DNA of 64,000 nucleotides, taken from Eledone cirrhosa (lineage: Eukaryota). Positions 13,795-26,758 of the stretch are shown piece by piece. The notes below the pieces were generated by a model. It had not been told where the DNA came from. It searched no databases and saw nothing but the letters and a program-made list of their open reading frames with translations. The stretch's first letter is position 1. Every line of letters starts with the position of its first letter. The stretch covers positions 15,810,001 through 15,874,000 of the forward strand of contig OZ024743.1 of assembly GCA_964016885.1 (NCBI GenBank). The letters are read 5' to 3'. A program made the position numbers and the translations under genes.

Positions 13795-14740
13795 ATTAGT
13801 TTCAACAGAAAGCTCTCACTGTTTTTAAAATTTTCATTGATGTTGGCACTTTTTAACATTAGGAAAATTTTACGAGTCAAAATATTTGCCATCATTTTGA
13901 ATTATTGTCTGCTATCGTTTAGGAAGGCACATGATTCCATCCCCGTAGAATTATTCTGTCTGGTCTTTATTGATTAAGATTTTTGACTGCCTTGCATATC
14001 TCACTAAGAGTAAAGGTTGTTAGGCTGTAGCCACAATGTTAGGCAAACATGTAAATATGGCATGGGGGGAGGAGAAAACATTCCAATTTAGCTCCAACAG
14101 GTTCTCATGGATCATTCTTGATATATGCAGCTGAGCATTATCATGAAGTAACCAAACATGACCATTGTGGTGGTGCACTTGTGATAATTTTGCTGCTAAT
14201 CTATCAAGTTGTTAGCAATAGGCATCAGAGGTGCTGCTAGCATTTGGTGGGAGCAGTTCCTACCAGATGACACATTTCCAGTCCCACCTGACATTAAGTA
14301 AGGCGTTGCGATGATGGGGGGCCAGCCTTTATTTCCCGTTGTGATGCACTCTCTTTATTAACTGACAATTGCTTGCACTTGACATTTTCATCACTTGTGA
14401 CAGTGGAACATAATCATTTTTTGTATAATGGTAGGGGAGCAGAGTAGTCACAATTGCCACCTAACATTTACAATTATGGTCCGTCAAATTGTAGGGCACC
14501 CAATGATCCAGCTTAGAGACCTTTGCTATTTCATGCAAATGACTGAGTATGGTGGTTTTCGGTGCCCCAAGTACCTTCAAGAGTTGACATGATATCTGGC
14601 ATGATTTGGCTTTTACCAGACAACAAATTTACTATTCATCGAAGCGGGAGGGGCGTCCTGCATGAGGTCAATCTTCAAGGTGATAATAACGATGAAGTTC
14701 CACTTAGGCCAGCTTTGAAGTCATAAAGTAAACAGCCACA
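13795..14740 (-). mobile_element. Mariner transposase relic
   Basis: Minus-strand translations KVSKLDHWVPYNLT (WVPHEL motif), LLHDNA and FYGDGIMCLPKR..IIQNDGKYFD; many stops. Confidence 0.8.
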
Positions 14741-14823
14741 AATAAACGAATTAGATAGATACATGTATCTTGCTATTTGATGGCATAACAGAAAATAATA
14801 TATATATATATATGCCTGCATAC

Positions 14824-14892
<69 letters not shown>

Positions 14893-14893
<1 letters not shown>

Positions 14894-15879
14894 CATCATC
14901 ATCATCATCACCATTTTTCATCCGTTCTTCCATGCTACCATGGGTTAGACGGGTTGTCTGTCCTGTTGTGGGCAGTGTCCAGTCCGATGACCTTGTCTTG
15001 CTCATACAGGAACTGATTCTGGCTTGATTTCTACAGCTGGATGCCCTTCCTAACACAAACCTCATTTACAGTGAGCGCTGGGTGCTTTTTTTCCATGGCG
15101 CCTACACGTCCACTTTACAGTGTGGGCTGGGTGCTTTTTTGCTGTATCACCTCAACGACCACTTTGGACTTTCAGAGCTGCAATTGGGTAAGGTCAGCCT
15201 TTATCACCTCATCCCAGGTCTTCTTGGGTCTCCACACTCTGCGTCTTCCACCGACTTCTAGTGTTCTGCCCCTTTTTATGCAGCTGTCATCCTTCATATG
15301 TATCACATGTCCATACCAACGTAACCTCCTCTCCTGCATACAGCATTTTATTCCTCTTATGCTCAGTCTATCTCTCAATTTGTTTATGGTTTGCTGTTCG
15401 CATAAATTATTATTACACATCTATCGGAGCATGCAAGCTTCGTTTCTTTCTAATCTGTGCAAGTCTTCTACAGACAGCGCCCAGGTTTCACTTCCATGTA
15501 ACATTGCTGTTCGTATACATGCATCAAACAGTCTGCCTTTCATTTTGAAGGAAAAGCCTTTTGCAGCTAGCAGTGGCAGTAGTGCCCTGAACTTCTTCCA
15601 TCTCATTCTTACCCTACTTATTGTACTTTCCGAACACTCACTTCCGCTGCTAATTTAGTCACCTAGGTAGCAGAAGCTGTCTACTGTTTCTACAGAGCCT
15701 TCCTAGAGTTTGGTGGTGCTAGTTTCCTACATATGAAGCCAACATTCTTAGTTAAACTTCCTGAGGTCCCACTACATCTTTTGTGCACCCACTGTTTGCA
15801 TTTGGGGCAGAGGATGGAGTTCCTACCTACACCTTTCCTACATACTGAGCAAGGCCATTTCCCTGAGGGGATATGGGTT
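14893..15879 (-). mobile_element. 5'-truncated RTE LINE, older copy
   Basis: PSGKWPCSVCRKG...HKRCSG, AMLHGSETW and RRLRWYGHV motifs; (GAT)n tail; internal deletions and stops. Confidence 0.92.
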
Positions 15880-18419
15880 ATATATATATATATATATATA
15901 TATGCATATATACATATATGCATATGACTATATATATATGCATATAACTAGATCTACCAATGCATAATAATATAATATTATAAAATTAAATCAAATTGTT
16001 TAGAACTACAAGTGAAGACATTCTTTTCTTTTTTTCAAATATACCTAGCTGTATCAAGGATTCCACACCCTTTCCAATATGCATATATATATATATATAT
16101 ATATATTTGATAGAAGCATCAATGTTGTTTGACTATGAAAATTAGTCTCTGTTGCCTATATAAACCCTGGAGATGGACAAACATTACACAGTACCACCCA
16201 TGAGACTTGGCCCCACTCCTGCAATATATATATGTGTGTGCATGTATGTCTGCATGAATTATGCTAGTGTTGAAGCAATGCATATAAATGATATAACATA
16301 TCCTGATTATATTCCAAAAGTATTCAATCGAAAATTGTACTCAAATGACGAAAGACTAAATATTTTCTGCTGTAGGCATATTGTATTTCACTAACAGTTA
16401 TCTCATTACAGACAGTAAAAAACAAGCTTTCTTGTTGATAAGTATAAACTCTCCTTTAACATAGAGGTGCCTCAAGATATTTATTAGATATAACATGAAC
16501 ATGGTCATTGTTATAAATATATGTCATAAGAGGCAGCAATTCTAACTCCTATAAAATTGCATTTCTCATTAATCAAAGAAAATTGAAATGGTTGCAAATG
16601 TAAGAGACAGTAAAGTGTCAAACAAAAAGTTGATTACTCTCCCATTTTTGCATTCTGAGTTCAAATCCCACCAAGATAAACTTTGCTTTTCATCCTTTTT
16701 GGCTCAAGAAATATAGAACTATTCCAGGGTCGTGGACTTGCAGAAGTATTGTGACATTTGATATGCATTTTGGTATTTGTTCTTGCCTTTTGTATTCTTA
16801 TTTCCAAATCTGCCATATCCTATCAGCCACCATGAATGGGATTGGATCCACCATGGGAGCATTAGATGATCTATTGTTTTAAATCTGCTAAGGGAAGATG
16901 ATACCTGATGATCGTAACAACATGGCTTAAGGCAGCATTGTGGAATATTTGGCTGAGGCTCTGTCAAAAAATGTCATGTCACATTTAGTTACAACACTTT
17001 ACTTTCATGGTTCAAATACTACTATAGTTACCACTGTTTTACATATCTGTGTGGTAACATTAAACTTTGTAGAAGTGAAATAATAGAGTCAATTTAATTG
17101 ATTTTTCTTTTTCCCCTCTATGTTTGAAATCTAGATTGGCAGTATTAGTAGAGTGTCAGACACTATGCTTTGTGGCATAGATTTAAGTTCCTTTACATTC
17201 TGAGTTCAAATCCCGCTAAGGTTAGTTTTACATTTCATCATTACAGGGTCGATGAAATAAAGTGGGTTGATTTAATCGACATCCCTTCCCCAAATTTGTT
17301 GGCCTCGTACCTAAATCAGGAACCAGTATTATATTTAGGAAAAGCACTACTTTCTGGTCAATTCACCAGAAGGTGGAGTTTCTCATAACAAAAATAAGAA
17401 TTTAACACAACAAACACTTAGTTTTATCTTTTCTGTATCATTTATTTTGTTTATCTAATATTCCAAATAAACTGTGTATCAAAACACAATTTGAAAACAT
17501 TGACTGTAAATATAAAATTAGGAAGTAGACTTAAAATGGAAATATAAATTGATGCCAAAAATTGCAAAAGATTACAGCACTAAGTAAATTGGATATTATA
17601 CAGAAGGCAAATTTATGTGATTGAAAAACTGTTGTAAATACAGTTAGTTTGTTGTTTATTTATGTGTTTGCCTGTGGGAATCTTAGATTAACAGATTGGT
17701 CTTACTGAAAATACAGCAATAATTGACTCAACACTAATTGAATAGCTTGGAAATGCATCACAAATTAAATTATTTCTAGTTGCAAATTAAAACAGACAAA
17801 TCATGAGGGTTGATGTTTTACAAACTTTGTATTCAATAACTCAGAAAAAAAACTTCAATCGGTTGGATTTTCGGGCCTTAGACAGAGACCTAAAGGGAAA
17901 TTTGATATATTGATCAATTTGCTCTTCATAGTTCAATCATTATTATTTGCCAGCAGATGTATTTATAAGTTCTCATCACCATCATCATTTAACGTCCCTC
18001 TTCCATGCTAGCATGGGTTGGACCGGTTTGTCCCACTTGAGACAAGATTTATCGGGGGACCATGTCTTGCTCATATAGAACTGTTTCTGGCATCTAACAT
18101 CTGTTCATCTAAATTCGAAGAGGAGTGCAATTATGTGTATGCTATTTTAAATCTTCTAAAGTTACTATTTTAAAATGTTCCCTTTTGGAATGATACAATA
18201 ATTATATATTTGTGATTATGTGTTTATGTGTGCTAGAAAAATGAAATTAACGGCCATTAAAAATAGTTCTCCTTTTTCTACTTTAGCAGCTAGGGTTTCA
18301 ATAGATATAAACGGTATGTTCACAGATTTATGATTGTACTTCAGTTTGTCTTTATATATGGGTAATGATCTGCTAGCAATATATGCATCATTATAAGTTG
18401 ACTGTATAACAGTACCATG

Positions 18420-19570
18420 TGTGTGCGGTCATCATTCATCCATAGTTAGAAGAGTACAGCAATGACTAAATTGCACCGATGTTGCACCTCATGAACAGAT
18501 CAGCATTGGAGAATGTCAGAAAGTACATAACCACAGATAAAGCAAAGTCAATGTAAGTGTGATAATGTATCCATGATGACACCCTATAGATGATGATGTT
18601 CTTTACCAAATGCATCAGTTGCTTGAGAGAGGCAATTGATGATCTCATCCTCCAGAGAAGCTGAACAGTTCACCTTAATGTCAAGGTAAGTAAAGGAGTT
18701 CACATATTTCAGATCCTTGCCATCAACAGTAATGGGAAGATGGGAGGGGGGGGGGTCTCATTTCCCTATCTGTCCCTGTTTATCATCTTCTACTTGCCTG
18801 GGGGTGTGGGTGGCTTTGATTGATGTACCACCTGATAATGATTTTTAAATCAAACACCATACAGACAAGTGAGAAGAGGCTCATCAATTCTTTCATCTTA
18901 CAGAAGGATGTTGCAACAAGTGCAGCAACAGCAATTAGTAAATCACAAATAACATTTTTTTGTGTGTTTAACCTTAATGTTTGAATAGCCCACCAGATTT
19001 ATGGATTTCTAATATAACGCCAGTGTCTAAGTCACGAAATGTATACTGGAACATTACAGAGCAGAACAAAGCAAAGAGAACAGTAGTTATGACAAAACAT
19101 TGCTTCGTGACAAAAAAACCTTCCTTTGTGACACCAAAGTGTTCAGATAATTCACCATTTGAAATATGTGATGCTTTCATTCACTCATGAAAAGACATGA
19201 TGGCATTCAGTATACTGCCAGTTATGCCAAGGGTTCTGAGAATTTTCCAGAGAACATTGGGATTGAGAGTTTCAAAGGCTTTGATCAAGTTGATAAAATC
19301 CATTGATAGTTCCTGGTTATTATCACAAACATTCTCTGCAATATGGTGAAGGGAAATCATGTCAATAGTACACTCACCTGTGTGGAAACCACATTGGCTT
19401 TCAGAGGAGATCTTATCAACATTTCTGGATGTTGAGAATGACATGTACATGTTCCTTGCCAGCAATACAAAGAAGGAGGATGCTACATGAATTGTCACAA
19501 AATATTTTTTACCTTCGTTCTTGAAGAGATGGAATTTATATGCATCTGTGAAGTCTTGAGTGAGCTCTTT
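18420..19570 (-). mobile_element. RTE (BovB-like) LINE RT relic
   Basis: ESQCGF, FINLIKAFETL..LWKIL, GVTKEG and FTYLDI motifs; frameshifted. Confidence 0.8.
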
Positions 19571-20183
19571 GTATACAGAGAAAGATAAAAAGAAAGAAAT
19601 GGCTTAAAATCCTGCCAAGATTCATATCAGCTTACTTCTTTCTTAGAGAGATACATTAAATATCAGAGTGAGTACTAGCGTCAATATAACTCATTAAATC
19701 CCTTGAAAGGAATTTCCCAGTATAGTTAAATCCAATGATTGAAACTAGCATGAGAAGAAAGAAAGAAAAACACAAATCAAATATGCATGTAATATTACCT
19801 AATTTCAATTATATAATCAAATTAAGCTGAATTATATATTGTATGTGACTGCTAATGTTTCAATGAACAAAACTCAACACATTAACTTCTATGCTACCAT
19901 ACTTTCATCTAATTTTAAAATCTTCCTTACCTAGGAAAAAATAATCGGGAAAAATCCACAAAGAAATGGTGAAATTTTCTTTCATCTATTCATATATTCA
20001 TATTCTCAGTATGCTATGTGACATGACATCACAGCATGCACATGTAAGTTTATCCAAGCAGCCATTTTTGTTTAAAATGAATTTTTAGCTGAGAGGATGG
20101 TAAAATCATTTTTGACTTCACAAAAAAATGGAACAAATCTTGTTTTTATCCTTTCAGAATATAGCTTTAAACACAACTGATAT

Positions 20184-20268
<85 letters not shown>

Positions 20269-20296
20269 CTTTCTCTCTCTCTCTCTCTCTCTCTCA

Positions 20297-20328
<32 letters not shown>

Positions 20329-20353
20329 CTATCTTTCTATCTATTTATCTATC

Positions 20354-20403
<50 letters not shown>

Positions 20404-20517
20404 TATATATACATATATATATATACAATCATATAATCCTTCTTATACATGTATTTTTGTGTACATGTCATCTAAATTAACCTGCACCAAGAAATATCTA
20501 TCTCACTATACCTTTCT

Positions 20518-20564
<47 letters not shown>

Positions 20565-20676
20565 GTTTCAGCAATACATCTTATAGATTAATAGATAATA
20601 TATAAAGATGGTGAAGTCTTGCATCCAATTTCCTTTACCGATATGGATAGAAAATATTTTGATATCTCTACTTGAA

Positions 20677-21133
20677 AACCGCGGAGTGGGGAGACCCAAG
20701 ATGACTTGGGATGAGGTGATAAAAGCCGACCTTACCCAACTACACCTCTCAAAGTCAATGACACACGACCGTGACTTCTGGCGTCACGCAGTAATACAGG
20801 GTACCCGACCTCCCATGGGTACATGCTGAAGCATATAAACAATATGCCCCCCCCCCCCCCCACCGCAAGGTGGTCGTGGAGGTGCCACGGCAAAAAAGCA
20901 CCCAGCCCACACTGTAAAGTGGACGTGTAGGCGCCACGAAAAAGCACCCAGCACTCACTGTAAATGAGGTTGGTGTTAGGAAGGGCATCCAGCTGTAGAA
21001 ATCAAGCCAGATCAGTTCCTGTATGAGCAAGGCATGGTCAGCCGACCAGACACTGCCCACAACAGGACAACCCGTCTAACCCATGCTAGCGTGGAAGAAC
21101 GGACGTAAAACGGTGATGATGATGATGATGATG
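20677..21133 (+). mobile_element. Young 5'-truncated RTE LINE with TSD
   Basis: Near-identical to the 49701 and 60204 copies; (GAT)n tail; 7-bp TSD ACTTGAA at 20670-20676 and 21134-21140. Confidence 0.93.
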
Positions 21134-22522
21134 ACTTGAATACTTGGTACAAGTGTTCCTAAATGTATATTATCTATATTACATAAAACACACTAATTTA
21201 CTTTGAGTAAGACATTCAATCTGAAACAAATGATACGAGGTATCATCATCATCATTAGATTTATGTTAGTTTTTCCAACTTGGCATAGGTCATAAAAAAA
21301 ATTGCACAATGCAAGCTGGACTGAAGAGCCCAGTCTAGTCCAACTCTGTTCATATTTAAATTTACTTTCTCCCATCAAAGGGTAACATGCAATGTTGCTT
21401 AGTGTGTTCAATCCTCACTTATAGATTTGGTATTTTTAGCTTGTAGTGAAAATGTGCAAAAGGAAATTGTAAATGTGAGGAAATCAGAAAGATAACAAAA
21501 CAAAATAATCTATTAAATAACAACCAAGAAACACTGTGAACAAATTATGATCTCCTTTTCTACCTACTATCATATGTTTTTTACTCACTTCCTTTCTAGA
21601 TGAGTAGCCTACAATATGGTTTGTGACATCCAAATCTCACATGAAAATAACATTTTTAGAATGGTTCCTAGAATGTATGTAGATTAACATATTTAAAAAA
21701 AACTATGAAGATCACTACCTTGTTTGAACTCAATGTCATTTAAGTTGTATATTATCTTAAAACTCCATATTGAGCAATTCTTTAAATTCTGCTGAGGGAA
21801 ATAGGAAAACGTATAGCAATATTTTGTTTCCCTCATGGGACTATAGAGTTTAAAATATGAAGGCACTATGACATTTTCATTCTAATATTCGTACATTAAT
21901 TATGGTGAGAAACTAATTAAACATCTCTTGAGTATAAGATATAGTGTATTGGATAAAGTTTTTATGAACTATAAAACAAGTCAGATTGTGCAATTTATTC
22001 CATTTGGTTTCTTTTACATTAATAACAATGATCAATAAATTACACATATAACAAATTCTGCAGCATGTAGCTAAGGCATTGCTCTGTTACCGTGAATGGA
22101 ATGAGTTCTAGCCTTTCCTCTATGTCTTTTTAAATGGTCAAACAATATAAAGCATTGACAATGGCGTTTCTGCGGGATGAAGTTCATGCCACTTATCTAT
22201 AATTGATTGGACAATTTATAAGATGAAAATGAAATTTTAAATGAAAGTAAAATGACTACAAAAATCCCAGATCAACATACATGACTTGAAAGATGAGCGT
22301 CTTTAATGAAAAATAGATTACACTGAAAGAGAGAGAAACTAGCCATCGTACCATATACTATTGTAATTATGTTTGATGAAGCAATAGAGGAACAAATATG
22401 ATAGTCAATGAAGGAGCCTCAAAATAATTCCTTGACTTTCTATAAAAGGTAACTTCTCTCAGTCAAACTACACCCTACCAACTTAAAATATGATATTGGA
22501 TTATTTAATCCAGAGGTATATA

Positions 22523-22910
22523 ATCATCATCATCATCATTTTACGTCCGCTTTTCCCTGCTTGCAAGGGTGGGACGGTAAGTGATTCTGGCTTGATTTCT
22601 ACAGCTGGATGCCCTTCCTAACACCAACCTCATTTACAGTGAGTGCTGGGTGCTTTTTTTTCCGTGGCGCCTACACGTCCCTTTTACGGTGTTGGCTGGG
22701 TGCTTTTTTGTCGTGGCACCTCCATGACCACTTTGCAGTGGAATGATAGGGACCCGAGTCCCTATCATCTCATTTCTACAGCTGAGTAAACTGGAGTAAT
22801 GTGAAATAAAGTGTCTTGCTCAAGGAAACAACACATCACCCGGTCTGAGAATTGAACTCACAACCTTTCGATTGCAAGGCCAATGCTCTAACCACTAAGC
22901 CATGTGCCTC
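22523..22910 (-). mobile_element. SINE family B: tRNA-derived head plus RTE 3'-UTR tail
   Basis: Head GGAGGCACATGGCTTAGTGGTTAGAGC...GTTCAATTC; tail shared with the RTE 3' UTR and ending in (GAT)n. Confidence 0.88.
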
Positions 22911-23458
22911 CAATCCCTGTGAAAATGTTTGGAAGGTCATATCAGGATTGGCGTGAGGTCTAAATAGCAACAAACCTATTTTTAAGTGGTTTAAATTCAA
23001 ACTATTGTAGTTTCAACATATCTATGTATTTAGTGGTTTCTGAAAATGTTGGGGAGAGATAGTTCTAACAGCATTTTCTTTATCTTCTTAATCTTATTTT
23101 AGTTTATTTATGAACAATAGGATTATTGGATAGAGTTTTACAGCAGACAAAATATGGCTTCACTGCAATTCCAAAAGTGAGAGTGACAAGGGAGCATCTA
23201 CTTGAAGCACTGCAGTTTTTTAGCTTCTACTGTAATGTTTACATCTTTTAAAATTCATCTCAAACAAATCCTATTTCCAATTTCTTGGCAAAATATATCT
23301 TTGTTAGTTCTTAATAATAGGATTGAACGTTCTTAGTTTGAAATGTTGAAAAGAAAACTAGAATATAAAGGGAATTTCAAGATTCTTGAAAAATTCATGT
23401 AAGAATCTGAAGTATTAATTCAATATATTTTGTAAGCATAAAAAAGGTACATAGCTTG

Positions 23459-23491
<33 letters not shown>

Positions 23492-23799
23492 GGGGGAGGA
23501 GAGGATCATATTAAACAACAGCAGAGGGCTGGACTGGAAATTTTACTTTAGAATTTCAATTCCGCAAATGCTCTATACCTATTTCAATGGTCTGCTAATT
23601 TGATGTTATATCAAAAGCAGACGGTGCATGGGATGGGTGGGTCTTTTTCAGCACAGCATCTCTTCACTCACTGAATTTCTTCATCATCTCCTCAAATCAG
23701 CGATTTGAGGTCAGCTTTAACCACCTCTGCCAATGTCTTTCTACTGCGGATTCAATCCACTGACATTTACAGACTTTCCCATGGCTGGAATGAAAGTCT

Positions 23800-24412
23800 G
23801 TGCTGTGAAACCTGAGACACTCGTCCTTTCTTTAAGGCCTTCACAGTGAACTCTACATATGAATGGACTTCCACTGAAACAGGTAGAGAAATTCAAGTAT
23901 CTCAGTGCTGTGTTCATGAGTGATGGAAGGAAGGAGGTTGAATTAAGTGGCAGAATTGCAGGAGCTGGTGCAGTAATGCACTAGCTTCAGTATTTGGCAA
24001 TCAGAAGAAGGGAGTTAGGCATAAAAGCTGATGCATAAAAGCTAAGAATATGATTGCAAACACAAGCAGCCAAAATAGGGTTTCTTCAAAGGCTTTTTGG
24101 TGTAATATTACTCGATAGCTCGGAGATCAGAGAGTTACTCAGAGATCATAGCTCCAATACTATGGGTATGTGGTTAGAATGTCTCAGGAAAAAATTGTTG
24201 GACATATTTTATGGGAAAAAAACCAACCAACAGGAGCCCCAGGCGTGGACCCTGAGCAAGATGTTTGGATAACATCCATGAGCTTGGCTGTCTCACTTGG
24301 GGATCCAGCCAGATCATTTGGAGATGGTTGCTTCTGAGAGCACCCACTGAAGGGAGTGTTTGAAGTCTCTGCCCCCATGACCCTCTCAGAAATAAGTAGG
24401 CGAAGTAGAAGC
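23800..24412 (+). mobile_element. RTE-clade LINE 3' relic (second family)
   Basis: QVEKFKYLSAVFMSDGRKEVELSGRIAGAGAV. The 3' end GGGATCC...GGAGATGGTTGCTTCTGA recurs at ~40970-41110 and 57355-57510. Confidence 0.7.
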
Positions 24413-24649
24413 AATACAAACTGTAGATTGGAGATGAGTGGTTTGAAAGAGAATCTTAGAAATTGGCTTGTAGAGGGTAAAAGAAAATCCAAACATTACA
24501 CATTGCAGGTTATGTAAAGGTAATATTTGTGTGAATTAGACTTAATTGTATCCATGAATATAAAATAAAAAACCCATCAGTGCAGCACCATTGAATTTAA
24601 TGTCAGTAACACAATACCCTTAAAGAATGCCAAAGTTTAATGTATCTAA

Positions 24650-26190
24650 TCCTGAATGAAATATTTCACTGTTTATTAGCTGCTATTCAACTATTGTAAA
24701 TATAGACCATCTGGTTGACAGTTAAAAATGCTTCATACTTAATTCTGAAATTACCATAACTAGCATCAGTAACCATTTTGAGAAAGAAACTAATTAGTGA
24801 TGTAGGAGATAGTAAGTTCAGTTTATTGCTGGATTAATCTAATGATATGACTAAAACCAAAATACTTGGAATAATTTACTTTAATATTTAAGTTTACTCT
24901 AGATATTTCAATTCAGTAGAATTGCTTAGGAGGGGTTGGAATATAAACACAGACAATGAATATGTGATGATAGGAATATATAATGCAGTGCCCCAAAAGC
25001 TGAACATTTAAATTACTCCACTATATTTTAGTGAAATGTATGTGCCACTCATTCCAGTTAACTCTAACTTATGCCTTTACCCAAGATGCTTACCAAGATG
25101 CTTAAAATTTATGATATCTGAGACATATAAAAGATTTGTCTATTCACCAAAAATACAGTTAACTTATAGAACCTCCAATCAGGCAATAAATAAAGACAAA
25201 ACACCAATGAAAAGTCCTATAGACAGCAAAACAAGATGGTTGTCCATAGAACCTGCAGTAAGAAGAACTATTTCTCGATAATTATAATTAAAAATATGCT
25301 TTGAAATATCATTATAAGAAAAGTATCGGAGGTGTTGTATGATATGTATATTGAGGAGACAAATCTAGCATTTTCAATTTTCATACACCCTATACTTAAA
25401 GAAGTACAGTTTGTGAATAAAGACATATAAGTCTTTATTCACAAACTAATAATGCTTATAAACTAAAATTATTGGACGATCTAACATTTCTTGTGTAATC
25501 ATGTGGGAGTAAATGAATACATCCAACTCATGAAGTTGACGTACGGATTTGTAATATTGAAAGATTCCAAGATTCTAAACCATATTCAGGCTATAGAATG
25601 TAAAACAAAATTGACAAATTAAAGAGCCAAGGTTAAATTACAGACAATGATGAATTGTGTATGGGGAAGCATTGTCAATAAATTTGTTTGTGTGTTCATA
25701 CTACTGAAACAAAAGTTGCCTGAAAACTTTAAGCTGTTAAAGAAAATATCTTTCCACTCTGTGAAAAATGTTCTTCAATTTGTTAAAAAGTATAACTCGC
25801 TTAGTACAGTAATGAAAACCTTAGGGGCTACAGAGGCCACCATAGATTCTGTACAGGCTGAATTTAAAAAAAAAATTGATTTGGTAACACAGACAAATAA
25901 CAATTAATCTGAGAAGATTTGGAATAAAGTTCATCAATATAGAGATACGTCATGACACAAAATGATTCAAGAGCTTACAAACTGTGCCATAACAGCTTTG
26001 ATACATATTCTCCCAAAATGCATATTTTGAAATAGTATTCAGTAACATGAATACTATAAAATCAAAACTAAGAAATAAAATGCATCCGAAGCATTTGCAT
26101 GCAAACATTTGTTTTAATGAGACATAACAAATGTTGCTGCAACTATGAATTCCTCAATAAAGTGCTTCATGCTTTGGCACATTTGTAACC
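24650..26190 (+). mobile_element. hAT-superfamily transposase relic
   Basis: DSKFSLLLD.SND, TDNEYVM.G, SKTRWLSIEPAV and SNMNTIKSKLRNKM (dimerisation region); many stops. Confidence 0.75.
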
Positions 26191-26658
26191 TAGCACATGC
26201 ACTGCTGATGGCAGAATCAAAATAGTCACTGAAACACAGTGTGATGCATCAATCAGCCTGTGTTGCCATTAATATTCCTGCAACGTTCTAAACATATGCC
26301 CATAATATCAGAGCTGGGATCACTCAATTTAGAGAAGAAGCGATTCTTCTTGGAGTGGCTCTGTTCTCTGATCTATCAAGTAACATTACTCCAAAGACCC
26401 TTCGGAGGAACCCCATTTCGGCCACTTGTATTCACGATCTTATTCTTTTGGTCATTACCCAAGAAGCCTGTGTAGTGCACTTTACATGTAATTTTAACTT
26501 AAGTTAAAATTAAGAATATAGAGAGTTTTTATACATTTATATAAGTAAAGTAATACAATGGCTAGCTAATTCTAGCTGTAAATTATACCATACCTAGCCA
26601 TAAATCTTATTTGGTGTTGGACACCAGCAACCAAGACTTGCAAGCTAACACACACACA

Positions 26659-26758
<100 letters not shown>

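Noticed and set aside
15041-15658. 205-aa plus-strand ORF
   Set aside because: Antisense frame of the RTE copy.
22091-22196. Open 106-nt minus-strand exon candidate
   Set aside because: Weak acceptor, phase incompatible with the 39485 exon, and no recognisable peptide.
22835-22910. tRNA-like sequence (also at 51434 and ~55000)
   Set aside because: SINE heads continuing into core and tail; acceptor and anticodon stems imperfect.
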